Below are positions 27,662-39,156 of a DNA stretch of 64,000 nt, piece by piece; position 1 is the first letter of the stretch; each line of letters opens with the position of its first letter. The notes under the pieces were generated by a model, which saw only the letters and a list, made by a program, of their open reading frames with translations, had not been told where the DNA came from and ran no database searches. Source of the DNA: Octopus sinensis (lineage: Eukaryota); contig NC_043012.1 in the NCBI RefSeq assembly GCF_006345805.1, forward strand, positions 4,712,001 to 4,776,000, written 5' to 3'. Made by a program: the position numbers and the translations under genes.

Positions 27662-27708
<47 letters not shown>

Positions 27709-27779
27709 ATATTTCGGAATGGTCACAAATAGTAAATACGTATTATATATATATATATTATATATATATATATAAATGC

Positions 27780-28012
27780 GCCCTTTTAAAGCTTAGCCAG
27801 GCTCATGGGCCCGGTTTCCCGGTTTCTGTGGCGTATGTGTTCCCCAGCTGAGGCGGTACTCATTTTGTGCCAGCCTGAGTGGACTGGAGCAACGTGAAAT
27901 GAAGTGTTTTGCTCAAGAACACAGCGCGTCGCCCGGTCCAGGAATCGAAACCACAATCTTACGATGCTGGTACTGACACCCTAACCACTAAGCCACGCGC
28001 CTCCACACACGG
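27780..28012 (-). mobile_element. tRNA-derived SINE (family C-like head, different tail)
   Basis: GGCGCGTGGCTTAGTGGTTAGGG..GGTTTCGATTCCTGGACC head. Confidence 0.8.
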
Positions 28013-28044
28013 ACTTACACACACACACACACATATATTTATAT

Positions 28045-28181
<137 letters not shown>

Positions 28182-28908
28182 AATACACACATTTATATAT
28201 GTATGTATATATGTGTATATATCTGTTTATATACATGTATATATATATATATATATGTATATATATTCACACATAATTACATAACCATATTCATTAAAAT
28301 GTATATGTACATATATGCATACAGATACGTATGATATACATACATTCACACACATATTGTATGTACGTATGTATGTATGTATGTATGTGTATGTGTACGT
28401 GTACGTATTTATGTATATCGTATACATCTGTACAGACAGGAATATATTCGCAGGCGCGCGCGCACACACGCACACGCACATACACATACACACACACACA
28501 CGCACACATACACACACGCATGCACACTCATATGTATATTGTTGTTTTGCACGAAATTGCCTTTGGCAGTGCAAATAAAAAGCTCAAACAAATTCTAGCC
28601 GTGACACCCTTTCGTTTCTTAAAATGTCGCTGATTCATAGCGCTTTTCCGTTTCTTTTTTGAATCACAAAAACTCTCCGTCTCTGCTTCTTCCTGCATGG
28701 CAATTTAGTTGCATTTGCTATTGTCAGGCCCAGATTAAACTTGAAAGGGGATATTTATTATCAAAAATGTTTTAAAAATGAATATCCCATTTGAGGTTCC
28801 TGGCATCGTATATTTCGTGTTATATTCACCCACGTAATTTTATATGCATGTATGTATGTATGTATGTATGTATGTATGTATGTATGTATGTATGTATGTA
28901 TGTATGAA

Positions 28909-28944
<36 letters not shown>

Positions 28945-29309
28945 CATGTCTGTATGTATGATTTTATATATATATATATTTCTTTATTGCCCACAAGGGG
29001 CTAAACACAGAGGGAACAAACAAAGACAACCAACGGGATTAAGTCGATTAGATCGACCCCAGTGCGTAACTGGTACTTTTATTTATCGACCCCGAAAGGA
29101 TGAAAGGCAAAGTCGACCTCGGCGGAATTTGAACTCAGAACGTAGGCGCAGGAGTGGCTGTGTGGTAAGTAGCTCGCTTACCAACCGCATGGTTCCGGGT
29201 TCAGTCCCACTGTGTGGCATCTTGGCCAAGTGTCTTCTACTATAACCTCAGGTCAACCAAAGCGTTGTGAGTAGATTTGATATAGACGGGAACTGAAAGG
29301 GGCCCGTCG

Positions 29310-29340
<31 letters not shown>

Positions 29341-29741
29341 GTGTGTGTGTGTGCGTGCGTGTGGGTGTACGCGTATGTTTGTGTGTCTGTGTTTGTCCCC
29401 CCACCATCGCTTGACAACCGATGCGCGCGCGCACACACACACGGACACATGCACATATATTCTTTTACTTGTTTCAATCATTTAACTATGGCCATGCAGG
29501 AGCATCACCTCAAAGTGTTTTGGCTGAAGAAATCAATCCCTGGACTTATTCCTTGTAAGCCTAGTACTTATTCTATCGATATATTTTGCCGAACCGGTAT
29601 ATTACGGGGACATGAACATACCAGCATATGTTGTCAAGCGATGGCGCGTATACAGCCAAACACATATAAATACCTAATATAGATACATACATACATACAT
29701 ACTACATACATACATACATACATACATATGTCCATACATAT

Positions 29742-30660
29742 TCCACTCTCTCTCTCAACCGTCCATCCTCCCTCTAACGTACAAACTTACCCACAACTTA
29801 CGCATTTTTCTTTCTCACACAACAACCGCCCCTATCTTCGCCACACCGCCTCTCCTGGCTTTTAAAAAAGATAGGAGTCTTAGAAATCTCCTTCATAGCT
29901 CCCAGCTCCGCACATACAGGAACCATTAAATGTCCTCACCGATGATGCAACACATGCCCTACATCAACAATATTACCGCCATCACGGGGCCCAGGAAGCA
30001 ATATCACATAACGCACCACTTCTGTTGCACTTCGGCGAATCTCATATATTGCGTCATATGCAAACTCTGCGGTACTCTTTACATTGGAGAAACAAGGTGA
30101 TGCCTTGGGGATCTCTTCCGCGAAACACCAGAAGCATAATGCTACGTATGCCAGGCCAACCTGTCGCCGCCCACTTCAACGCTGTGAATCATTCTGTTGT
30201 AGATTTATCAGTGTGTAGCATGGCCTTACACCACGGACCCCACCCTTCTTTAGGAAACCAAAGGAGCAACGTCTCATATTTGATCTTGACACTATGTCCC
30301 TGACAGATATGAATGAATGTTTTTTGCTTCCATCATTTCACCTTTCCTTAATTCTTTTTTATCCTTTTTAATCCTCATGCCACCCTCTCTCTGCACACCC
30401 TTTCCTATAATGTCTATTTTGCGTTAGCAGCCCGTGTTATTCTGCATCTATTATCAGTTGTAGCCATTGTTTCATGCCGAGAGGATGTAAACTCTTTTTT
30501 ACTTTCTTCTCTTATTCTTCTCGTTTTCTCTGCATCCTGATGAAAGATTCAATCCGAAACGTTGGATATTCCACTTTTCACGGCAACTTCACTAGACCCC
30601 TTTCATATTTTTCTATAATCTTCAAGTTTTGCTGACGCAGAACTACTAGCTATTGCCTGA
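29742..30660 (+). mobile_element. Penelope-like element 3' portion with GIY-YIG remnant and pLTR
   Basis: TAPIFATPPLLAFKKDRSLRNLL; GTIKCPHR*CNTCP; HHFCCTSANLIYCVICKLCGTLYIGETR; PVAAHFN; KEQRLIFDLDT; followed by a CT-rich pLTR with an HHR. Confidence 0.9.
30534..30567 (+). ncRNA. Minimal hammerhead ribozyme motif in the PLE pLTR
   Basis: CTGATGA (30537-30543); A-AGAT-TCA-ATCC; GAAA (30556-30559); palindromic AACGTT; GGAT. Confidence 0.7.
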
Positions 30661-30668
30661 TAATGTGC

Positions 30669-30719
<51 letters not shown>

Positions 30720-30826
30720 ATATATATAACGGGAAGCTTTATGAAAATAGACAAAAGACGAAGGCAGGTGGGAAAACAAACAAACAATTGTATTAGTATG
30801 GCGCTCAGGAAAATAAATAAAACAAG

Positions 30827-30864
30827 TCTTTAACGTTTCGAGCCTACGCTCTTCAACAGAAAGA
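30827..30864 (-). ncRNA. Minimal hammerhead-like motif with CUGUUGA core
   Basis: Minus strand: TCTTT-CTGTTGA-A-GAGC-GTAG-GCTC-GAAA-CG-TT-AAAGA; all stems perfectly paired. Confidence 0.6.
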
Positions 30865-30935
30865 TACACAGAGAGAAAAAAAAACACAGAAGAAAGAGGA
30901 GAGAAAAAAAAAATGCGTGCAGTAACTGAACGAAT

Positions 30936-30977
<42 letters not shown>

Positions 30978-30986
30978 ATTCGTTAG

Positions 30987-31032
<46 letters not shown>

Positions 31033-31047
31033 GCACGCACACACATG

Positions 31048-32050
31048 TATAGGAGTAAATGTAAGGATAATCAAGTTAGGTAGGTCGGTATACGATGAAT
31101 ATTAAATACATTAAATATAGAAAAAGTATCTATGTTTACATACAAAAAGGTTCGACTTACACAGAATAGAAACGATATCAAGAGTGAAATGGGTTGAAGA
31201 AGTGTATTACAATTTCAACAGCTATTTCTGGTGGCTAGGTGTCCCAAAATGATGATCGATTCCATTGTCGGATGATACGAGCCTCCTTCTTTAGGGAAGG
31301 AAATCTTATATTTGAGGTGTTGACAGAAAGGAGATTAAGATGGAATGATTTTGTTGAGAGCTAAATGTTTTAGAAGGGGGAATTGAGTAGGTATTCAAAT
31401 AGAGAATAAAGAGAAGAGAAAATAAATTTGAAGGGTTAGGGGTTAATAAGGAGGCTAGTAGGGGGTTATAGTAGTAGAGGTGGAAAGTAAGAGGAAGAGG
31501 GAGGAGTGGTTTAAGTAGTGTGTGAATAGATATCTTTGTGTTAGTTTGTAAGAAGGCTGTAGAATTAATGGCTGAGATAGTGAGAAAAGGAATGACCATT
31601 ATTTGAAAGAAATAAATTGACTGGTTCAGTGGCTGAGGGAGGTTACTAAGGTATATAGAGGGATATGAGAGAAGATATAGATACAGGTAAAGTGTGTGTG
31701 TGTGTGTGGGGAGTTGGAGGTCAGTATAGCAGTTGTTAGTGGGGCAAAGGAATTGGGTTGGTATTAGAAGGGGAGTGCCATGGTATGCAATAACGTATGA
31801 AATTGAATAGAGGGGTGTGTATAAGGAAGGGGCAATACTATTTTTCAACCACTTACATAATTTCTGTTCTGTGTAAGTGGGAATTTTTTGTATGTAAATA
31901 TATGTACTTTGTGCGTATTTAATGTATTTGACATACTTTGTATAATGACCTGCCTAACTTGCTTATCCTTTCATTTACTACTCTATCCGTTCAAGTTTAA
32001 ACCTGTTGAGCACTACTAAGTGTATTCTATGCGGAGAATATTTGGATCTC
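31048..32050. mobile_element. Penelope-like pLTR pair in inverted (tail-out) arrangement
   Basis: 31048-31320 (minus) and 31861-32050 (plus) both match 11770-12105; the minus copy carries a decayed HHR (CTAAAGA 31294-31288, GAAA 31228-31225, TAGCTG). Confidence 0.7.
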
Positions 32051-32072
32051 ATCTATGAACTATATATATATA

Positions 32073-32127
<55 letters not shown>

Positions 32128-32530
32128 TATGTACATATATATACGGACACACACACACACATATATTATGACGAACTTCTTTCAGTTTCCGTCTAACAAA
32201 TCCATTCACAAGGCTTTGGTCGGCCCAAGACTATAGTAGAAGATACTTGGTCAAGTTGCCACGCAGTAAACCTGAACCTGGAACCATGTGGTTGGGGAGC
32301 AAGCTTCTTAATACAAATATATATACATATTTAAATGGATGAATGAATTATCATTTGTTTACCGTTAACATGGGAAAGTCAATAAACAGTTATCAGGGTA
32401 GCAAAATTCACGCAAGTAACACGGATGAAGCGACCTATTCAAAGGTAGAAACTCCGGGTTAATGTGTAGTAATTTGTGTAGTATAAGTAGATAAATGGAG
32501 TTGAACGAAGATTTTATTAAAATTCTTTTA

Positions 32531-32612
32531 CTTTCGACATATGTTTCGAAGACAACATGGTTTTATTCCAAAGGAATAAACGGTGTAAAATGCAATCTTC
32601 TCATCAGGAAAG
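32531..32612 (-). ncRNA. Type I hammerhead ribozyme (left arm of inverted pair)
   Basis: CTTTC-CTGATGA-GAAGA..TCTTC-GAAA-CATATG-TC-GAAAG; all core nucleotides canonical. Confidence 0.9.
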
Positions 32613-32773
32613 AAAGAGAGCATATCTCAACAACAAGACATTATAACAATTACGATGACTGCCTAAATGATGAACAGAACGTTATTAAGTATTTAAAAAA
32701 ACCCTTAATTGTTATAATGTCTTGTTGTTAAGATAAAGTCTTCTAAATATAAGTAACTACGTGACCACTCTTT

Positions 32774-32855
32774 CTTTCCTGATGAGAAGATTGCATTTTA
32801 CACCATTTATTCCTTTGGAATAAAACCATGTTGTCTTCGAAACATATGTCGAAAG
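32774..32855 (+). ncRNA. Type I hammerhead ribozyme (right arm of inverted pair)
   Basis: Stem I CTTTC/GAAAG; CTGATGA 32779-32785; stem II GAAGA/TCTTC; GAAA 32839-32842; palindromic CATATG; GUC site, predicted cleavage after 32850. Confidence 0.9.
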
Positions 32856-32959
32856 TAAAAGAATTTTAACAACATCTTCGTTCAACTCCATTTATTTACT
32901 TATATATATATACACACAATATGAATATGAATAAGTAACGAAGGTATACAAGTGTCAAT

Positions 32960-33044
32960 TCATTACGTCCGTTTCAAGCAGCTCCATTTAATTCAGTAAG
33001 GAAAGCACTCCATGAAACTGAAAGAGACCGTTCTCGTCAGATGA
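32960..33044 (-). ncRNA. Type I hammerhead ribozyme motif (different family)
   Basis: TCAT-CTGACGA (33040-33034)-GAACGG..CTGCTT-GAAA (32975-32972)-CGGACG-TA-ATGA. Confidence 0.65.
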
Positions 33045-33555
33045 CCGCATAAACTTCAAACATAAGGGATAAACCATTTTTTGAAACAAATTTGCATCAA
33101 TAATTGAAGCCAAAATATTTACATTGTTTCCTTTTGTTATATCAGTAGCAGAATGAGATTAGAAAATAATGAGGTTAGAAAATAATGCATACCTACTATA
33201 ATTATTCAGAAAGTAGCAGAGGAAATAGTGTGCGTGTGGTGACGTAGATAAAAGATAAAAGCTGTGGTCACGTAGTTACTTATATTTAGAAGACTTTATG
33301 TAGCATGAAGCCTTCAACAATTTAGAATTAAATCCATTGGGAGTTGTTAATTGTATACTAGTTGATGGTGGTAAATCAATTACTGTCAGACAATCTACTG
33401 GACTCTCAATATCCTGGAACCAAAAAAGCTAGCTTTATCTACATAAAAGGATATGTCAGAGAGTTGCTAGTAAGAGAATGTCTGATGGGGAGGGTGTGGT
33501 AACTGGAAAAAAGAAGGACAGGGGTGGCCAATACTTATTTAGATTATCACATAAA

Positions 33556-33785
33556 TATATTTCTTTACTGCCCACAAGGGGCTAAACACAGAGGGACAAA
33601 CAAGTCAGACAAAGGGATAAAGTCGATTACATCGACCCAGTGCGAAACTGTTACATTATTTATCGACCCCGAAAGGATGAAAGGCAAAGTCTACCTCGGC
33701 TGAATTTGAACTCAGAACGTAACGACAGACGAAATACCGCTAAGCATTTCGCCTGGCGCGCTAACGTTTCGACCAGCTCGCCGCC
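33556..33785 (-). mobile_element. SINE family B with 16-bp TSD
   Basis: TAGATTATCACATAAA (33540-33555) vs TAGATTATCAAATAAA (33786-33801). Confidence 0.9.
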
Positions 33786-34847
33786 TAGATTATCAAATAA
33801 AGGGGAATATAATGAAAAACCAAAAAAGATAAGTAATATAGACTTTAGGGGTGGCAATTAGAACTGAAGGATACTGGAGGTGGTCATTTATAACATAGCA
33901 AATTTATAATATTAAACAGAGAAAATTTAAACCAATATATAAAATAAGGATAGAAATTAAACTTAAAACCTAATAATGGGATATTTTAATATACAAGAAA
34001 ATCTATTTAGATTTTTCCTAAGCATATTGTTTAGAAGGTTATGATAAAAACATTCTATAATGAGTGTATAACGGAATTAGATTATCATATGTGTAGAAGT
34101 ACATAGTATGTACTTCTAAACAATTTGAATGCACTTCTGCTGATATAGTAATTTGATTAGATATTAGCATATGATAATGGTATTTATGACTTGATCTTTA
34201 TGACTTCTTTGTCTTTGGTTCCACCGTTTTCAGCAATAACCATAGTGAGTTTATCTGTAATGAAAAAAAAATAAAAATAAAAATAAAAATTAATTCGTTG
34301 AAATTTCGCCAAAATCATCTATGGGAGGCAACTCTCACTGTATTCTTGTTCAGTGGTTTGCCAAAACAGCAGAGTTATCGTTGTTGTTTGATATTATTAT
34401 TGGGATATTGTTGCGACAATTATTTATTTCTCATAAACGTTTCGTTTACATTGCACTCGCGCTCATACGCACACACAAGCAGACACACACACACACACAC
34501 ACACACACACAACACACACACACACACACACACACATACATAAACACACCCACCCACATACCACACACACGCGCGCACAAACACACCCACCCGTATATAT
34601 TAAGTTTACTATACCCAGTTTCGAGCCAAAATAGCGTAAAAACCAGCAAAAGCGAGTCTATAAGGTCAATACATCGAACTTCAGAAAAAGTGCTTCTATT
34701 ATCTTACTCAACTGCCCCTGTCTGCCTACGTACATACTTATATACGCACATACATACACCTATGCATAGATACATACATACATACATACATACATACATA
34801 CATACATACATACATACATACATTGTGCACACACATACAGACACACA

Positions 34848-34888
<41 letters not shown>

Positions 34889-35054
34889 GCATATTAAGAT
34901 TACTATATAACCACCTGGGAACAAAAACTGTGCGTAACCTACAAAAGTATCTTTGAAATTTCAAAGAAGGGGTTAGAAACCAGCTCTTTCTCTATTGGCA
35001 AAAAATCTTATAATAAAACTGAATAATGACATACGAGTACATAAATACATACAT

Positions 35055-37770
35055 GGTGGTTGCCTACTCATTTTGCAGAGTTTGACCACCTTCTGCACCT
35101 ACGCCTTAGCACCATCATGGCATCTGATGAGGCTTTTTGAACCAAACAATGTTTTGAAAAGACACCCACACAAATTGCACAACCGATTTGAACCACAAAC
35201 AGTTGCAGGTAAATTCTGATCTTTGTGGATCTTAAAATGTCTTTTGAGGGCTCCGTTGGATTTGCAAACCTTCTGGCATACACTGCATTCAAAGGTGTGC
35301 ACAGACGTATAGGCAGAATAGATGGTGGAGGTTCGTTTTCCATGGGTTCGCAAATGAGATTTAAGCCCATTAAAAGAAAGGCAAGGTGTATCACAAGCTG
35401 GGCACACAAAAATGTCAATGTCACTCACCTTCTTGATCGTTACATTCTTCCTTAGATCTCTTTTAAGTCTTACGAGCGTTATCTTGGCCTCTTCAAATAC
35501 TTTCACTCCACTCCACACTTTTGTTCACCATCTAACTCAATCCGAAGCAAGGGTTTCTATGTCTTCTGGATCCATTCCAAGTGACTTCATAGTAGTCCTT
35601 ATGCCGCCCTTAAATCTTTTTCTAGGTTTACGCCGATAGCGTTTCCACTCTGCAAGCTCACCATAAAACAGCTGTTTCGGCATGTGTTCATCTGCTATTC
35701 GAACAATCTGGCCACACCATTTCATTTGGTTCCTCAAAATCATAGCTTTAATTGAGGTGATGCCTGCAGATGCAAGGACATCTGTGTTTGGAGTAAAAGA
35801 ACTACATTTAATTCTTAAAATGCGATGAAGGCATTTTTGGTGGAATTGTTCCAACAATTTAAAATGTCTTTCATAAGAAATCCACGTTTCACAGGAATAC
35901 AACAGGGTTTGTAAGACAAATGATTTGTAAAGAGCCAGCTTTGTATTCTTATTTATATGTTTCTGGCACCAAACGCGTGATTCCAAGCCATCAAATACTT
36001 TTGCTGCCCTTTGAATTCGCAGCTGTATTTCTGTATCAAGATTTCCATCATTTTGAACAGAGCTTCCAAGGAAGATGAACGAATCGACAACCTCAAGTAA
36101 TTTACCCTTAACAAATATTTTAGATGAGTTACAAAGAGCATCACACGCATACATACATACATACATACATACATACAAACATACATACATACATACATAC
36201 ATACATACATACATACATACCATGTATGTATGTATGTACTCGTATGTCATTATTCATTTTTATTATCAGATTTTTTGTCAATGAAGAAAGAGCTGGTTTC
36301 TAACTGTTTTTTTCAAGTTGATGGTCAAGCCAAAATTCTTACAAGCCGAGTCAGATGCAAATACAAAAGATTTCAGACTGGTTTCAGAATGCCTGACGAG
36401 ATCGCAATCGTCAGCGTACAAAAGTGTCTTAATGAGTGAAGAAAAAGCCCTCGTTTCGTATTTCTGTCTGGTCAGATTAAAAATATTCCCTGTTTTGCGA
36501 TATTTTACGTAGATACCCTCAGAGTTTTGGAAAGCGTGTGACAATACAGCAGCAAAGATATTGCAAAGAGGGTGGGTGCATCAAGGTCTCTTTGCTTACT
36601 CCATTTTCCCCGGCAAAAGATTCAGAGAGCCTACTAATAAAGGTAACTCTAGCTTTCATATCTTGATGCAAAGCCCTGATCATGATTACAAATTTTTTTG
36701 GGCAATCTATTTTCCTTATAATTAGCCAGAGAGCATTTCGATTAACAGTATCGAATGCTTTGCAATGGTATAGAGCAAGATCCTGTTCAATGCACTTTTC
36801 TTGTAATTGTCTGACAGTAAAGATGCAATCAGCGGTGCCCCTGGAGGAACGAAAACCACACTGAGACTCAGACACTGAATTTGGAATTATAAAGGTATTT
36901 GAACGTTCTAACAAGATGCGGGCAAGTGAAATCCCACGAAATCCCAGACAAAAGTGAAATCCCACGAAAATACCACAGAGATCCTTTGGCCCCAATTTAT
37001 ACAAGGAGACTAAAATGGCATCAATCCAGTCTTGAGGCATTTCTTCAGTTTTCCAACAGTGACAAATCAATATATTTAAGAGTTCAAACATTTAGTTAAC
37101 CCCATATTTCAAGACCTCTGCACAGATTTCATCAGACTCTGGAGACTTATTGTTATTCAGCTTATTCACAGCTAAATAAATGTCATTTACAGTTGGTTCA
37201 AATGCCATCTCTTCTGTAATTGGAAGGTGTTCGATTTTTTCTATCGTCCTCACGTCAGCGGATGGTGGGCTATTCAAAAGTGCAGAAACATTTTCTACCC
37301 AACGTGTATGAATAGAAGCGACGTCAGTCAGAAACAAACGTCCATTTGCTGTTCTCATGGAGCTATTGAAGAAGATTTTGGGCCATATACCTCCTTAACA
37401 TAAGAGTACAAACCTTTGGCATTATTCTATCAGCTGATTCTTGTGCCTCTATCATTCCACCATTCCTGGTAATCTCCTAGGTAGATTACCTATTTCTTTA
37501 TTACCCACAAGGGGCTAAACATAGAGGGGACAAACATGGACAGACATAGGTATTAAGTCGATTATATCGACCCCAGTGCTTAACTGGTACTTAATTTATC
37601 GACCCCGAAAGGATGAAAGGCAAAGCCGACCTCGGCGGAATTTGAACTCACAACGTAACGGCAGCTGAAATAACGCTAAGCATTTCGCCCGACGTGCTAA
37701 CGATTCTGCCAGCTCGCCGCCTAGATTACCAACCAAGGTTAAAGAGCTCCTACCTGCCCATGAAGTAAGC
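35055..37770 (-). mobile_element. RTE-clade LINE (RT + C-terminal zinc fingers), 5'-truncated and frameshifted
   Basis: WWNDR..VYGP; NKSPESD; QDWIDA; SESQCGFRSSRGTADCIFTVRQLQEKC; KAFDTVNR; LLYADD; GLTINLKKT; FIFLGS; LLYSCETW; QMKWCGQIVRI..MPKQLFYGEL; C2H2 fingers. Confidence 0.95.
37491..37721 (-). mobile_element. SINE family B with 9-bp TSD, inserted in the RTE LINE
   Basis: TAGATTACC at 37482-37490 and 37722-37730. Confidence 0.9.
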
Positions 37771-38044
37771 TATTCTATTCCAGACACCAAACCGACACTC
37801 AAACACTCTGTAAAGTGATCAAATACCACTCCGCTGACCGACGTAGTGTAGCTCATTCATACATAAAAAAAAAGAAAAGGAAAGGAAGTGTCTTATCACT
37901 GAAATATCTGGAAATATCTTCAAGATAAGGTAGATAATCCAGTTTCATATCGCACGCTATTCTAGCACCGTTTGTTGATTTCTCTTTCTCTGTCTCTGTG
38001 TCTGTCTCTGTCTCAATCTTTTTCAGTCTGTCCTGTCAGTCTTC

Positions 38045-38152
<108 letters not shown>

Positions 38153-38689
38153 CGGTTCTTGCAACAGAATCGCCTGTCACAGTTCCCATCTAAAATAAGA
38201 GGTGGAGGAGGTTAATGTTAATCATAAGAGTTACCTCCCTTGCATTACTACGTGACGTTTCTTACGACGTTAGTCTGGCTTGATTGAGAGCGGAACGTGA
38301 ACGCGGCAAATAGCGGTCGATTTTGCTGCTGCTGCTGCTGCTGTTGTTGTTCAGCTCCAACTGAGCTCTAATGAAGCATTTTAACCATAAATGTCCAATC
38401 ATTTTAGAAAATGAGGAACAACGGTGGTTAACGTTTCCTAAGCTGTAAGAAAACAATAGCGTCGTAGCACGTGGTTTGCTGCCTCTCATAAACACAGGCG
38501 CTCAGCGATTGCCGTTTTTAAGGCGAAACTGGCAAGGGTGCATCTGCACCTCGGTGCAGAGCAAACATCACATCACGCTCTGTCCGTCGCTCTGTCGACC
38601 CTGGAACCGATTGCCTATATACATTCGCGCACTTGCACACACACACAACACACACACACACCCACACACACACACACACATATACACTT

Positions 38690-39122
38690 GTATGTATGTA
38701 TGTATGTATGTATGTATGTATGCATGTATGTATGTATGTATGTATGTATTATGTATGTATGTGTGTGTTTGTGTGTGTGTGTGTTTAGGTACCTACGTAT
38801 GTATGCGTGTGTGTGTATGCGTGTGTGTGTATGTGTATGTATATATGTATGTATGTACGTATGCGTGTATATATGCATGTATACATGCATGCATATATGA
38901 ATGTATGTATTTATGTATATATGCATGTATGTGTGTAGGTATGTATGTATATATGCATGCATGAATGTATGTATGCATGTATGTATGTATTATGTATGTA
39001 TGTATGTATGTATGTAGATACGTATGTATGTATTCATGTATGTATGTATGTATTCATGTATGTATGTATGTATGCATGCATGCATGCGGGTATGTATGTA
39101 CACATGCATGCATTTATGTATG

Positions 39123-39156
<34 letters not shown>

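Larger units (their letters stand above)
32905..34260 (-). mobile_element. Probable highly decayed PLE 3' region
   Basis: TTPNGFN resembles the PLE EN C-terminal P.GLN motif, upstream of the HHR at 32960-33044; the ORF is otherwise unreadable. Confidence 0.35.

Noticed and set aside
32482-32904. Integrated viroid-like circular RNA (ribozymes in both polarities, rod fold)
   Set aside because: The arms are 97% identical DNA inverted repeats, with no same-strand tandem ribozymes to release a monomer. A PLE-derived inversion is more parsimonious.
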